Shown here: in pieces, positions 8,412-18,079 of the stretch | Numbering within the stretch: position 1 is the stretch's first letter | Layout: every line of letters starts with the position of its first letter | From: an uncultured bacterium | GTDB lineage: Bacteria; Omnitrophota; Omnitrophia; Omnitrophales; Aquincolibacteriaceae | Assembly (NCBI GenBank): GCA_964482725.1 | Contig: CAYZYT010000003.1 | Coordinates: 49,252-113,251, forward strand | Reading direction: 5' to 3' | Length of the DNA stretch: 64,000 nucleotides | Position numbers and translations under genes: made by a program | The notes under the pieces: generated by a model | Database searches by the model: none | The model's input: the letters and a program-made list of their open reading frames with translations, nothing else | What the model was told of the DNA's origin: nothing

Positions 8412-9545
8412 ATGCGATTATTCCCTTTAAGGTTGCCGGTGCCGATGGCTTTTGTTTTTGCAGCGTTTTTTTTGATCTTGGGAAATGGCTGTTCCGAGAA
8501 AAAGGAAATGCCTCCGATGCCCCCGCGACCGGTTCAAACTGCCGTGGCCGTCCAAAAGGATGTGCCGTTCTTTGTCGAATCCTTCGGGAATTTAGCGGCG
8601 CTCGCCAATGTGGACATCAAGTCCCAGGTCACAGGCAAGATCCTCCAGGCTCATTTTAAACAAGGGCAGAGGGTCGCGGAGGGGGATCTTCTTTTTACCA
8701 TTGATCCTGCGGAATATCAGGCGGCGCTTGATAAGGCCAAGGCGATGGTGCGGGCCGATGACGTGGATATGAAAATGAAAAAAGATACTCTGGAACGGAA
8801 TCGCGGCCTGGCCAGTAAAGAACTGGTGTCTCAGCAGGACTTTGAAAAGTACGAAACGGATGTGGATGCGGCGGAAGCCAAAACTACGCTTGATAAAGCG
8901 GAGCTGGCTTTGGCGGAGATCAATTTAAATTATTGTTCCATTCAATCTCCCGTGAATGGCGTGACGGGGAAGGTGCTTGTGGATCCGGGGAATATTGTTC
9001 TGGCCAATAACGGTCCGACGCTCGCGAATGTGAAAGCGATCGATACGCTCTATGTGGATTTCACGGTGACGGACCGCCAGCTTCAAGCGATCCGCAGCGC
9101 GATGGCCGCGGGTATTTTGAAAGCGGAGGTCCGGGTCCCGGATGACGGAAAGGCCTATGTCGGGGAGTTGAAACTCATTGAGAACGCGGTCGACAACACG
9201 ACAGGGACTATTTCTCTCCGGGCGATCATTCCTAACGAAGGGAATGCCTTGTGGGCCGGTCAATTCGTTTATGTGAAATTGATCCTGGGCATTCAGAAGA
9301 ATGCCGTGTTGATCCCTTATGCGGCCGCACAGTTGGGACAGAAGGGGTCCTTTGCTTTTGTCGTGACGCCGGAAGGAAAAGCTGACTTGCGCATTCTGAA
9401 GACCGGGAGCCGCCAGGGGGATGATATCGTGGTTGAAGAAGGGATCCAAAAGGATGAGCGGGTCGTGACCCTGGGGCAAATGGGATTGAGTCAGGGGACT
9501 CCTGTGAAAGAGGTCCTGGCACAAACGGCGGAACAAAAGAAATAA
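8412..9545 (+). CDS. RND efflux periplasmic adaptor (membrane fusion protein, HlyD/AcrA family)
   Basis: It has a lipoprotein signal (LILGNGCSE), then biotinyl/lipoyl-like and coiled-coil hairpin regions (GDLLFTIDPAEYQAALDKAKA). Its C-terminal beta-barrel domains are AcrA-like. Confidence 0.85.
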   Translation: MRLFPLRLPVPMAFVFAAFFLILGNGCSEKKEMPPMPPRPVQTAVAVQKDVPFFVESFGNLAALANVDIKSQVTGKILQAHFKQGQRVAEGDLLFTIDPAEYQAALDKAKAMVRADDVDMKMKKDTLERNRGLASKELVSQQDFEKYETDVDAAEAKTTLDKAELALAEINLNYCSIQSPVNGVTGKVLVDPGNIVLANNGPTLANVKAIDTLYVDFTVTDRQLQAIRSAMAAGILKAEVRVPDDGKAYVGELKLIENAVDNTTGTISLRAIIPNEGNALWAGQFVYVKLILGIQKNAVLIPYAAAQLGQKGSFAFVVTPEGKADLRILKTGSRQGDDIVVEEGIQKDERVVTLGQMGLSQGTPVKEVLAQTAEQKK

Positions 9546-9680
9546 AAGAGAGACAAAAACCGTTATTCTGACCGCTGTGCTTTTTGCCGTCTGGCCGGCG
9601 CGGGCAAGCTCAGAAGAAAAGATCCGGGGCGAGATATTTTGTGGCGATCAAGATGACGACGAGTCATTTTAAAAAGGAAA

Positions 9681-12600
9681 ATGATGAGCTTTACAGATAG
9701 TTTCATCAAAAAACCGATCATGACGACACTGCTCATGGTGCTCGTCATGCTTTTCGGCATCGCGGCATTCTTTAGTCTGCCCATCAGTGACCTTCCGGTG
9801 GTGGATTCTCCCGTGATCACGGTGACTGTGGCTTATCCGGGTGCAAGTCCCGATACGATGGCCTCGACCGTGGCGGCGCCCCTCGAGAGTCAGTTCATGC
9901 AGATCCCGGGACTCAAATCGATCATCTCCACGAACACGGACAGCCAAACGGAGATCATGCTGACGTTTGAACTGAACCGGAGCATTGATCTCGCGGCACC
10001 GGACGTCCAGGCCGCCATTTCACGTGCACAGGCGAATCTTCCGACCGATCTTCCGGCTCCGCCCACTTATACCAAAACAAATCCCTCGGATACACCGATC
10101 ATGTATCTCATGGTGACCTCCGACAGCCTGACGCCCGGCCAGCTTTATGATTACGCGAACCGGACGATTGGCCAGAGGATCTCGATGATCGAAGGTGTTT
10201 CTCAGGTCCAGGTCTATGGCTCGCAATCGGCGATCCGTGTTCAGGTGGATCCTGCCAAACTTGCCGCCTATGGGATCGGTTTAAATGATATCGCCGGCGC
10301 AATCCAAACGGGAACCGTCACGGTCCCGGGGGGAAGTCTGAACGGAAATGTGCGCACCTTTTCGATACAACCGCAAGGTCAGATGATCGATGCCAAGGAG
10401 TATGAAGCGCTGATCGTGGCTTACCGGAACGGCGCCCCCATCCGTCTGCGGGATGTTGGGACTTGCGTGAATAGCACGATGAGCGATGTCGTGAATGTCA
10501 TGGCCTCGACGCATCCGGGTGAGAAGATGCATACCGGCGTGGCGGTGCTGCCGGTTTTTCGCCAGGTGGGATCGAACACGGTCGGTCTGGCCGAACGGAT
10601 CAAGCAAACGGTCGAGGCGCTGCAGCGTGAGATCCCGGGCTCGGTTCAGCTTTCGATCTATTATGACAAATCCAAATCGATCATTGAATCCATCGATGAC
10701 GTCAAGACGACGATCTTGATCGCGCTTGCGCTCGTCATTCTCGTCATCTTCCTGTTCCTCGGCCGCCTGTCGGACACGATCATCCCCGCGATGACATTGC
10801 CGGTTTCCATCATTGCCTCGTTCCTGGTTATGAAAGCGCTTAACTTCAGTTTGGATAACCTGTCTCTTATGGGGATCATCCTCGCGGTCGGGTTCGTGGT
10901 GGATGACGGGATCGTGGTGCTTGAGAACACGGTGCGTCTGATCGAACAAGGCATGAAACCGTTCCCCGCATCGATCAAAAGTGCCCAGGAGATCACCTTC
11001 ACCATCATTTCCATGACGCTCTCGCTCGCCGTTATTTTTATTCCGCTGGTATTTATGGGCGGCGTGGTGGGGAAGATCTTCCGAGAGTTCGCCGTGACCG
11101 TGGTCGTGACGATCCTTTGCTCCGGCGTCGTTTCTCTGACGCTCAGTCCCATGATGTGCGCCCGAATGTTGAAGGCTAAACAGGAAGGCAAAGAAAAAGA
11201 GAGCTGGATCCAGCGGATCATGAATCCGTTCATGGATAAGGTGATCGGAGGCTACAGCCGTCTTCTCAAAAAGATCCTCCTGCGTCCTTTTATCACGATC
11301 GTCCTGTGGTTGGCTTGTCTGGGAGGGACAGTTTATTTTTTCTGTGTGTTGCCCCAGACATTCCTTCCGGATGGTGATAGCAGTGCGATCATGGGAGGGA
11401 CCCTGATGCCTCTGGGGACCTCGACCCAACAGGCCCGGGAGTTTCAGGCCCAAGTGAATCAAGTGCTTGAAGGGGATCCCAACATTGAAAGGACTTTAAC
11501 GGCTTCCGGACTTCAGCCTGGCTCCGACCAGAGCACGGGGTTCATCCACATCGTTCTCAAAGAGCCGCATGATCGACTTCCGATGGCGAAGGCTTTGGCC
11601 GAGATCCGTGGCAAGCTGGCAAAGATCGCGGGAGGATTCGTGTTCGTGAAGGCAACGCCCTCGTTGCAGATCAGCACGGGGGGAGAAAGTACGGCGTCGG
11701 GGAGTAAATATTCTTACACCCTTCGGGGCGCGGATCAGGGAAAAGTTTACGAAAGCGCGATGCTGCTTGAAAAAGAATTCCGGGAGCATCCCGGATTTAT
11801 GGATGTGCAAAATAGCGTCAAGCTGAACTTGCCGACCTTGAAGGCGACGATCTTGCGGGATCGCGCCTCGACCCTGGGGATCACGGCCCAGGATATCGAA
11901 TATGCCCTGTCACTCGCTTATGCTCAGGGCAAAGTGACGCTTTACAAGACAAGCATCGATCAATACCAGGTGATCGTGGAGCTTGAAAAAAAATACCAGA
12001 AAGTTCCCGAGGATCTCGCCCGTGTCTATGTCCGGGCCAGCGCCACGGGAAAGATGGTGCCTCTTAGTTCTGTCCTGGAATGGACCGAAATAGTGACCCC
12101 TCAAAATGTGCCGCACGATTCGCAGCTGAACTCGGGGACGATCTCGTTCAATCTTAAAGAAGGGGTTCCGCTCGGAGATGCGACGAAATTTATCAACGAG
12201 ACTGCCGACAAAATCCTGCCCCCCGAAGTTGTCGGGAAATTGCAGGGCGAAGCGCAAGAATTTTCGGATGCAATCGCCAGTCTCACCCTCCTGATCATCA
12301 TCGCGATCTTTATTAAATATGTGATCCTCGGTATTCTCTATGAAAGTTATGTTCATCCGTTCACGATCATCACGACGCTTCCGGTCGGGACGCTCGGCGG
12401 CCTTGCCACGCTTTGGCTCTTCCATTCCGAGATGTCCCTTTATGCTTATGTCGGGATCTTTATGTTGCTCGGGATCGTGGCCAAGAACGGCATCATGATG
12501 GTGGACTTTGCCAATCAGGGCCTCGCCGAAGGGAAAAGCAATTTTGATGCGATCCATGACGCGAGCGTCGTACGCTTCCGGCCGATCCTCATGACGGGAC

Positions 12601-12824
12601 TTGCTGCGATCATGGGAGCGCTTCCCATCGCACTCGGATATGGCGCAGATGGTTCTTCGCGTATCCCGCTGGGGTTGGTGGTGGTCGGCGGTCTTGCCTT
12701 TTCCCAGGTTGTGACACTTTTTGTGACCCCCGGCCTTTTTCTTTACATGCAAGCTTTCCAGGAAAAAGTCCTGGATCGCTTCGAACTGACGCGTGCCGGT
12801 TCGTCGCGCAAACATGAGGTTTGA
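9681..12824 (+). CDS. RND efflux transporter permease (AcrB/HAE1-like)
   Basis: 1047 aa with the typical N-terminus MMSFTDSFIKKPIMTTLLMV. It has 12 TM helices with two large periplasmic loops and the conserved GIVVDDGIVVLEN and GIVAKNGIMMVDFANQ segments. Confidence 0.95.
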   Translation: MMSFTDSFIKKPIMTTLLMVLVMLFGIAAFFSLPISDLPVVDSPVITVTVAYPGASPDTMASTVAAPLESQFMQIPGLKSIISTNTDSQTEIMLTFELNRSIDLAAPDVQAAISRAQANLPTDLPAPPTYTKTNPSDTPIMYLMVTSDSLTPGQLYDYANRTIGQRISMIEGVSQVQVYGSQSAIRVQVDPAKLAAYGIGLNDIAGAIQTGTVTVPGGSLNGNVRTFSIQPQGQMIDAKEYEALIVAYRNGAPIRLRDVGTCVNSTMSDVVNVMASTHPGEKMHTGVAVLPVFRQVGSNTVGLAERIKQTVEALQREIPGSVQLSIYYDKSKSIIESIDDVKTTILIALALVILVIFLFLGRLSDTIIPAMTLPVSIIASFLVMKALNFSLDNLSLMGIILAVGFVVDDGIVVLENTVRLIEQGMKPFPASIKSAQEITFTIISMTLSLAVIFIPLVFMGGVVGKIFREFAVTVVVTILCSGVVSLTLSPMMCARMLKAKQEGKEKESWIQRIMNPFMDKVIGGYSRLLKKILLRPFITIVLWLACLGGTVYFFCVLPQTFLPDGDSSAIMGGTLMPLGTSTQQAREFQAQVNQVLEGDPNIERTLTASGLQPGSDQSTGFIHIVLKEPHDRLPMAKALAEIRGKLAKIAGGFVFVKATPSLQISTGGESTASGSKYSYTLRGADQGKVYESAMLLEKEFREHPGFMDVQNSVKLNLPTLKATILRDRASTLGITAQDIEYALSLAYAQGKVTLYKTSIDQYQVIVELEKKYQKVPEDLARVYVRASATGKMVPLSSVLEWTEIVTPQNVPHDSQLNSGTISFNLKEGVPLGDATKFINETADKILPPEVVGKLQGEAQEFSDAIASLTLLIIIAIFIKYVILGILYESYVHPFTIITTLPVGTLGGLATLWLFHSEMSLYAYVGIFMLLGIVAKNGIMMVDFANQGLAEGKSNFDAIHDASVVRFRPILMTGLAAIMGALPIALGYGADGSSRIPLGLVVVGGLAFSQVVTLFVTPGLFLYMQAFQEKVLDRFELTRAGSSRKHEV

Positions 12825-12888
12825 ACGCCTGAGTGAACGGGCTGCGCTTTGGGGGACGCAGCTCCGCGGACATAGGCGATAGGAGGAG

Positions 12889-13473
12889 TTGATGAAAAGG
12901 ATTCCATGGGGAATAGCGATCGTGATATTCGCGCTCGCGGGATGCGTGAGCACGGAGAAGATCCACACAGATTTTGACTGCAAAGCGGATTTTTCGGGGC
13001 TCAAAAAATTCGCGTGGGTTCCGGATATGAAGCAGGAGTCCCAGGACCCCCGGATCGATAATGCGGTCACGGAGGCCAAGATCCGGAACGCGGTGGAGCA
13101 AGCCCTCGCCGCCAAGGGGTATCAAAAGACTGAGGCCGGTCAGGCCGATTTCTGGGTGGCCTATCAGGCCGCGATCGAGGAAAAATTCGACGCGAGGATG
13201 ACCCAGTATCCCTACGCCACTCCGTCTACGAGGAGTATTGTGAACGGGAGTTACGCGCAAGATCTGACATGGGCTTACGGAGGGTCCAAAACTTTCCTGA
13301 GCCATTATGAAGAAGGAACGTTGATCTTGGACATCGTGAATCCCAAAGAGAAAAAACTGATGTGGCGAGGAACCGCCCAAGCCACCCTTGACGGAGGCCG
13401 GGATTCGGCGAAAAAGGACGCGCGCCTCAATGCGGGGGTCGAAAAGATCTTCGTGACCTTTCCGCCGAAATGA
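12889..13473 (+). CDS. Lipoprotein of unknown function
   Basis: Its signal peptide ends in a lipobox (IFALAGC), followed by a small soluble domain. Confidence 0.5.
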   Translation: MMKRIPWGIAIVIFALAGCVSTEKIHTDFDCKADFSGLKKFAWVPDMKQESQDPRIDNAVTEAKIRNAVEQALAAKGYQKTEAGQADFWVAYQAAIEEKFDARMTQYPYATPSTRSIVNGSYAQDLTWAYGGSKTFLSHYEEGTLILDIVNPKEKKLMWRGTAQATLDGGRDSAKKDARLNAGVEKIFVTFPPK

Positions 13474-13512
13474 TCTAAAACGTAAGCGGATTCTTATCAA
13501 AGAAAGGGTTCT

Positions 13513-14910
13513 ATGAAAGACAGGGCTTTTTTTTACAGTTTTAAGATCCGGGTCACTCTGGTTTTGATCCTCGCGATGGTCTCTGTGATGGGACTGAATA
13601 ATTACTTCGTCTACCGTTTTAATCTCACCGCGCATTTCGGGCAGCTTCGCCATTCTTTGATGATCATCGCTCAAATGGCGGGTTTGGCCGTGGATGCAGA
13701 GGCGCTTCAGAAGATCCCCCAGACCTGGGACGGGGTTCGGAGCCCTGCGTACCAAGAAGTGAACGCCAAGCTCCAGAAAGTTCTGGAGATGAACAAGCCG
13801 CTCCAATATGTCTATATCCTAGCGAAGACAAAAACCCCGGAGACGCTGCGTTTTTTGATGGATGTCGAAGCTCCGGGGACCCCGGGGTCCCGACGAAGAA
13901 GTTCTGCTCGACCCGGGGATCTTTACGACGCCCGTCACTTTCCGGAAATGATGGAAGGTTTTACGGGCCCGTCCGCGGATCAGAAGTTGCAAAAGGATGC
14001 GTGGGGAGTGACGCTTTCCGGTTATGCCCCGATCGCGGATAAGAACGGAAAAGTGATCGCGATCCTGGGTGTGGATATCCTCGCCGACGATATTAGCAAG
14101 ATGCAGCAGGAGATCCGAAGGCGTATGGGGGTGGTGCTGCTCTCGGGCGTTTTATTCTGTTGTGTCCTGGGGATATTGATCGCCGGAAGCGTTTCGGATC
14201 CTGTGAAAAGACTTACGGAGGGCACGCGCCAGCTGGCCGGGGACAATCTGGATTATCGGGTCGCGGTGCGGTCGCGGGATGAGATCGGGGACCTCGCAAA
14301 CTCTTTCAATGAAATGGCCGTAAGCCTCGCCCAGTCCCGGCAGCGCTTGCAAAATTATTTTTTCAAAGTAACCCAATCGCTCGTGAGAGCTCTCGAAGCC
14401 AAGGATTCCTACACGCAGGGACATTCGGAGCGTGTTGCAAACTTGTCGAGGAAGATCGCGTTGGAACTTGGGGTGAGCCCGGAAAAAGCGGAGCTGATCT
14501 GGTGTGTCGCGGAACTTCATGATATCGGAAAGCTTGTGATCTGCGAGACGATCCTGAACAAAAAAGATAAGCTGAGTTCCGAGGAATGGGAGGTTCTCAA
14601 AGAGCATCCTGTGACCGGTGAAAAGATCCTCGCGTCGGTTCTGGATGAGGAACTTTTGCGCGTGATCCGCTCGCACCACGAGCGTGTGGACGGGAAGGGT
14701 TATCCGGACGGCCTCAAGGGCGAAGAGATCGACCTTTCGTCGCAGATCGTTTCCATTGCGGATGCCTATGATGCCATGACCTCGATCCGGTCTTACCGAA
14801 AGCCGTTGACGCCCGAAGATGCCGCCGGAGAGATCGAACGTGCGAGCGGGACCCAATTCCGTCCCGAGGTCGTCAAGGCATTCCTCAAAGTGATCGGCCG
14901 TCCTGCGTAG
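13513..14910 (+). CDS. Membrane sensor with HAMP and HD-GYP domains (c-di-GMP phosphodiesterase family)
   Basis: The layout is TM, periplasmic sensor, TM, HAMP (PVKRLTEGTRQLAGDNLDYRV), then HD-GYP motifs (AELHDIGKL ... HHERVDGKGYPDGL). Confidence 0.85.
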   Translation: MKDRAFFYSFKIRVTLVLILAMVSVMGLNNYFVYRFNLTAHFGQLRHSLMIIAQMAGLAVDAEALQKIPQTWDGVRSPAYQEVNAKLQKVLEMNKPLQYVYILAKTKTPETLRFLMDVEAPGTPGSRRRSSARPGDLYDARHFPEMMEGFTGPSADQKLQKDAWGVTLSGYAPIADKNGKVIAILGVDILADDISKMQQEIRRRMGVVLLSGVLFCCVLGILIAGSVSDPVKRLTEGTRQLAGDNLDYRVAVRSRDEIGDLANSFNEMAVSLAQSRQRLQNYFFKVTQSLVRALEAKDSYTQGHSERVANLSRKIALELGVSPEKAELIWCVAELHDIGKLVICETILNKKDKLSSEEWEVLKEHPVTGEKILASVLDEELLRVIRSHHERVDGKGYPDGLKGEEIDLSSQIVSIADAYDAMTSIRSYRKPLTPEDAAGEIERASGTQFRPEVVKAFLKVIGRPA

Positions 14911-14928
14911 ACGGACGAACCCCTTCCT

Positions 14929-16029
14929 ATGAAAAAAAGAATCTTAATCTTTTTTTTATGCGCACTCGTGACTTTTCAAGTGCCTGGAAAATGTATCGTT
15001 CCGCCTTCCCGTGGTCTTTTTGTCTCCCTCATTCAGAATCCACCGACGCTTTCAAGTCGCGAAGCTATCGGGGAACTTGTCAGATTTTCAAAGAAAGCCA
15101 AGATCAAGATCCTCTTTGTGCAGATCTATCGCGCGAATCAGGCGTGGTTCCCTTCCAAGGTCGGAGATCCCGCGCCGTACGAGGCTGCTTTGAAAACGCT
15201 TGGGGAAGATCCTTTTGCATTTCTGATCCGGGAGGCGCACGACGCGGGGATTGAAGTGCATGCCTGGCTCAATATGCTGAGCCTGAGCGCGAATGAAAAT
15301 GCGCCGCTTCTCAAAAAATACGGGCCTGATATTCTGACGAGAAATCTTGAAGGAAAAAAGACGCTCGCGGATTACAAGATCGACAGTCAGTATTTTCTGG
15401 AGCCCGGGGATACGCGGGTGCGAAAAGAGCTCGTCTCGGTGGTGGAAGAGATCGTTCGAACCTACCCCCAATTGGACGGCATCCAATTTGATTACATCCG
15501 CTATCCTGACAGCCATCCGCGGTACGGTTATACCCTGGTCAATATGAACCGTTTCAAGAGTTCAACGGGTCTGAAGAAGATCAAAGAGGGGAGCCGGGCC
15601 TGGAGTGATTGGAAACGGGCTCAGGTGACGGAGCTTCTAAAACTTCTCGTGAAAAAAGCCAGGGCTGTTCGTCCCAAAATTCAGGTTTCCGCGACCGGGT
15701 GCATGTCCTACGCCCGGGCGCTTCATGAGGCGTTCCAGGATTGGCCCTCCTGGGTCAACACCGGTCTTGTGGATTTTGTGACAGTCATGAATTATTCCGC
15801 GGACCCTTCGGAGTACGCGCGCTGGAACGCGGTGGCGATAAGCAAAGTCTCGGCTCCTGAAAAGTTGTATATCGGGACCCCGGCCTACAAGCTTGTGAAA
15901 ACGCCGGAAGTTTTTAAAACAGAGTGGCGATCCTGTGAAAATTCGGGCGCTGCACTTTGCGCTGTTTTTCATTACGGCAGCCTCCTCGAAAACGTTGCTC
16001 TCGAAAAGCCCTTGGTCCGCGAAGAATAA
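14929..16029 (+). CDS. Glycoside-hydrolase-like family 10 (GHL10 / YngK-like) secreted protein
   Basis: It has a signal peptide and a TIM-barrel-like layout, with the motifs EVHAWLNML and QFDYIRYPD that I associate with the GHL10 (DUF187) family. Confidence 0.6.
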   Translation: MKKRILIFFLCALVTFQVPGKCIVPPSRGLFVSLIQNPPTLSSREAIGELVRFSKKAKIKILFVQIYRANQAWFPSKVGDPAPYEAALKTLGEDPFAFLIREAHDAGIEVHAWLNMLSLSANENAPLLKKYGPDILTRNLEGKKTLADYKIDSQYFLEPGDTRVRKELVSVVEEIVRTYPQLDGIQFDYIRYPDSHPRYGYTLVNMNRFKSSTGLKKIKEGSRAWSDWKRAQVTELLKLLVKKARAVRPKIQVSATGCMSYARALHEAFQDWPSWVNTGLVDFVTVMNYSADPSEYARWNAVAISKVSAPEKLYIGTPAYKLVKTPEVFKTEWRSCENSGAALCAVFHYGSLLENVALEKPLVREE

Positions 16030-16056
16030 TCTTTTAAAAAAAGAAGGAGACATGGT

Positions 16057-16521
16057 ATGGACCGGATGGAAGTAGCAAAGAAGTTTTATACGCAAGCACA
16101 GAGGATGACGATCGGGATGGCGGCCTCAGTGATCGCCTATGGAGCGATCGGATTCTATTTGATCCAGATGGGGAAGGCGGGCCCCGCGATCTTAAATGCC
16201 CAAACGTATCCGCTTGTAAAATACGGAGCGCTCACGGTCTCGGTTCTTGGAGTTTTCGCGATGTGGAAGATAAGCAACCGGATCTTTAGCGCGTCCCAGG
16301 GGGCTATCCCGGCGGCAGACCGTCCCGTGCAAAAGATTTTTTTAAAGACGGTCATCATGAACGCCGGGGCAGAGCTGCCGCTTCTTTTAGGGATGCTCCT
16401 CGTGTTCTTCGGAAGGCAGCCCTACGACTACATCCCGTTCGCGGTCGTTTCTCTTGCGGGCTTCGCGCTTGCGTTCCCCAAGAAAGAGCAATGGGCGACC
16501 TGGCTCGGAGCAGACTTCTGA
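16057..16521 (+). CDS. Hypothetical integral membrane protein (154 aa, about 4 TM helices)
   Basis: An ORF with a GGAG RBS-like element upstream and hydrophobic helices. It ends at the inverted-repeat element at 16541-16650. Confidence 0.45.
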   Translation: MDRMEVAKKFYTQAQRMTIGMAASVIAYGAIGFYLIQMGKAGPAILNAQTYPLVKYGALTVSVLGVFAMWKISNRIFSASQGAIPAADRPVQKIFLKTVIMNAGAELPLLLGMLLVFFGRQPYDYIPFAVVSLAGFALAFPKKEQWATWLGADF

Positions 16522-16540
16522 ATGCTTGAGGAAATCCCCA

Positions 16541-16650
16541 ACCCTAAATCCTAAACAAATCCAAAACAAAAAACTTCAAACTCAAAAGCGTGGTTTTGGA
16601 TTTCGAGTTTTAGACATTTGAGTTTATTTAGGGTTTAGTGTTTTGTGTTT
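16541..16650. repeat. A/T-rich imperfect inverted repeat of the CTAAAYCCTAAA / AAATCCAAAAC family, between convergent genes
   Basis: The left arm is ccctaaatcctaaacaaatccaaaac and the right arm gttttggatttcgag...tttagggtttag. The words are shared with the elements at 29791-29890, 30250-30360 and 39731-39828. It probably also acts as a bidirectional terminator. Confidence 0.5.
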
Positions 16651-16687
16651 AAGGTTTTGCGTGGAAGTTTCTTCGCATTTCAAAAAA

Positions 16688-17764
16688 TCAGGGGTTAATG
16701 AGCCCTTCGAAGAGTTCTTCGGGGGTGAAACGGCGGATGTCGAGGATGGCCTGAAAGACGGGCATGTATTCCTGCAGTTCACGGCCTGTTTCGGCGACTT
16801 TCGTGAGGTCGATCTGACGTTCCTTCTGGTAGCTTTCCAGGAAAATATTCCGGACCTCCTGTCGGACCGCGCCTGAAACCCGCACCGCGATAAAGCAAAG
16901 GAAAAATCCGATGTCCCAGACGCGTTTATCCTGGCGCCCGCAGAACTCCAGGTCCGTGAAGTAGACTTTCTGTTCCACCGCCACCCAGATGCAGTTGACG
17001 GGCTGAGTGTCGATCAGCGAGTAACCTGCGCGGTGGATCTTGGCTAGGCCGATCGCGGATTGCCGGATCACGGCCTCATCTCCGGGCCCCATCGCCTGGC
17101 GCTCGCCGATCCGTTCCAGGATCGAATCGACGGTCTCACCGGTGATATGCTCGGTGACCATGACTTTTTCGACGGCGTCATACGAGATGAGGCGCGGGAC
17201 CGGAACGCCAAGCTCGGTGAGCTGGACGCGGCTGACCATATCCACGGTGAATCGCTCATGGGTCTTGCCGCCGTAAATGGCGGGGAAGGGGCTGACGAAG
17301 GCGAGATGCTTGGCCCAGAAGCTGCCGGCATCGAGGAAGATCTTTACGAAGAAGCGGATCTCTTCTCCCGAGGTCTTGCGACCCGCCTGAAATTCAGGGC
17401 GAGGCTCGCCTGCTTTCGCAAGGCGGCAGTGCCAGATCTGGTTGGAATTGCTGACGCCTCCCGAGACGGACTCCACGGTCAGAGACTCAGGGTCCACACC
17501 CTCGAAGGCAAGCGCGTGGCGCCTCAAAAAGTTCCGGCAGGTGGCGATTTTGCGCCAATGGCCGACTCTGGAGAAACTCATGGCAAGGGAGACCACGAGC
17601 CAGGGGAATAAGAGCACCGTGCCCGCGATGATCTTAAATACGACGCGGGGCCGTGTTCTGAGGACATGCCCCGCAAACCGGGCCCGGAAGGCGGCGAATC
17701 TCTGGCGCAGTTTTTCCCGGCGAGTCGTCATAGCAGCATTCCTTTGGCGGAGCAAACATGACAT
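16688..17764 (-). CDS. Membrane-anchored kinase-like protein (APH/choline-kinase/Kdo-kinase-like phosphotransferase fold)
   Basis: It has an N-terminal TM helix followed by a protein-kinase-like fold, with a glycine-rich SGGVSNSN segment and a catalytic-loop-like region IDTQPVNCIW...DLEF. The assignment is tentative. Confidence 0.5.
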   Translation of the reverse strand: MSCLLRQRNAAMTTRREKLRQRFAAFRARFAGHVLRTRPRVVFKIIAGTVLLFPWLVVSLAMSFSRVGHWRKIATCRNFLRRHALAFEGVDPESLTVESVSGGVSNSNQIWHCRLAKAGEPRPEFQAGRKTSGEEIRFFVKIFLDAGSFWAKHLAFVSPFPAIYGGKTHERFTVDMVSRVQLTELGVPVPRLISYDAVEKVMVTEHITGETVDSILERIGERQAMGPGDEAVIRQSAIGLAKIHRAGYSLIDTQPVNCIWVAVEQKVYFTDLEFCGRQDKRVWDIGFFLCFIAVRVSGAVRQEVRNIFLESYQKERQIDLTKVAETGRELQEYMPVFQAILDIRRFTPEELFEGLINP

Positions 17765-17917
17765 TGTTAGAAGACGCTAGGCATTATAGCCTCATCCCTT
17801 GTCTTTACAACCCGGAAGCTTGGAAGATGGGTTCGGATCCAAAATAAAATTTGACAAATAGCGGTTGGTAGGGCATAGTTCCTTTTGTCGTAAGCAAGAG
17901 GTAGAACATGATGTGTA

Positions 17918-17955
17918 CCGCAAGGTAATGTTTGCCTTGCGGTTTTTTGTTTTTA
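17918..17955 (+). terminator. Rho-independent terminator-like hairpin (CCGCAAGG-9nt-CCTTGCGG plus T run) in the cspA upstream region
   Basis: An 8-bp GC-rich stem followed by TTTTTTGTTTTT. It is oriented for + strand transcription, yet no + strand gene lies closely upstream. It is either an sRNA end or a leader attenuator. Confidence 0.4.
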
Positions 17956-18079
17956 CCCTGTTTTCAACCCCCGGAAGGGGACAACAAAGCGGGCTAGTTC
18001 CAACTGCACCAGGTTGATGTTTTTACCGTAGTGAAGGTTGAACTTGTCATGCGATACAATAAAAGGAGTAACATCAACC

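Noticed and set aside
10281-11462. A 393-aa ORF, and several others, antisense to the first RND pump gene (also 10661-11233, 11910-13115, 12610-13806)
   Set aside because: They lie entirely inside the AcrB-like gene on the opposite strand, their composition is His/Arg/Asp-rich, and they lack RBS signals. This is a typical antisense artefact of a long GC-biased coding sequence.
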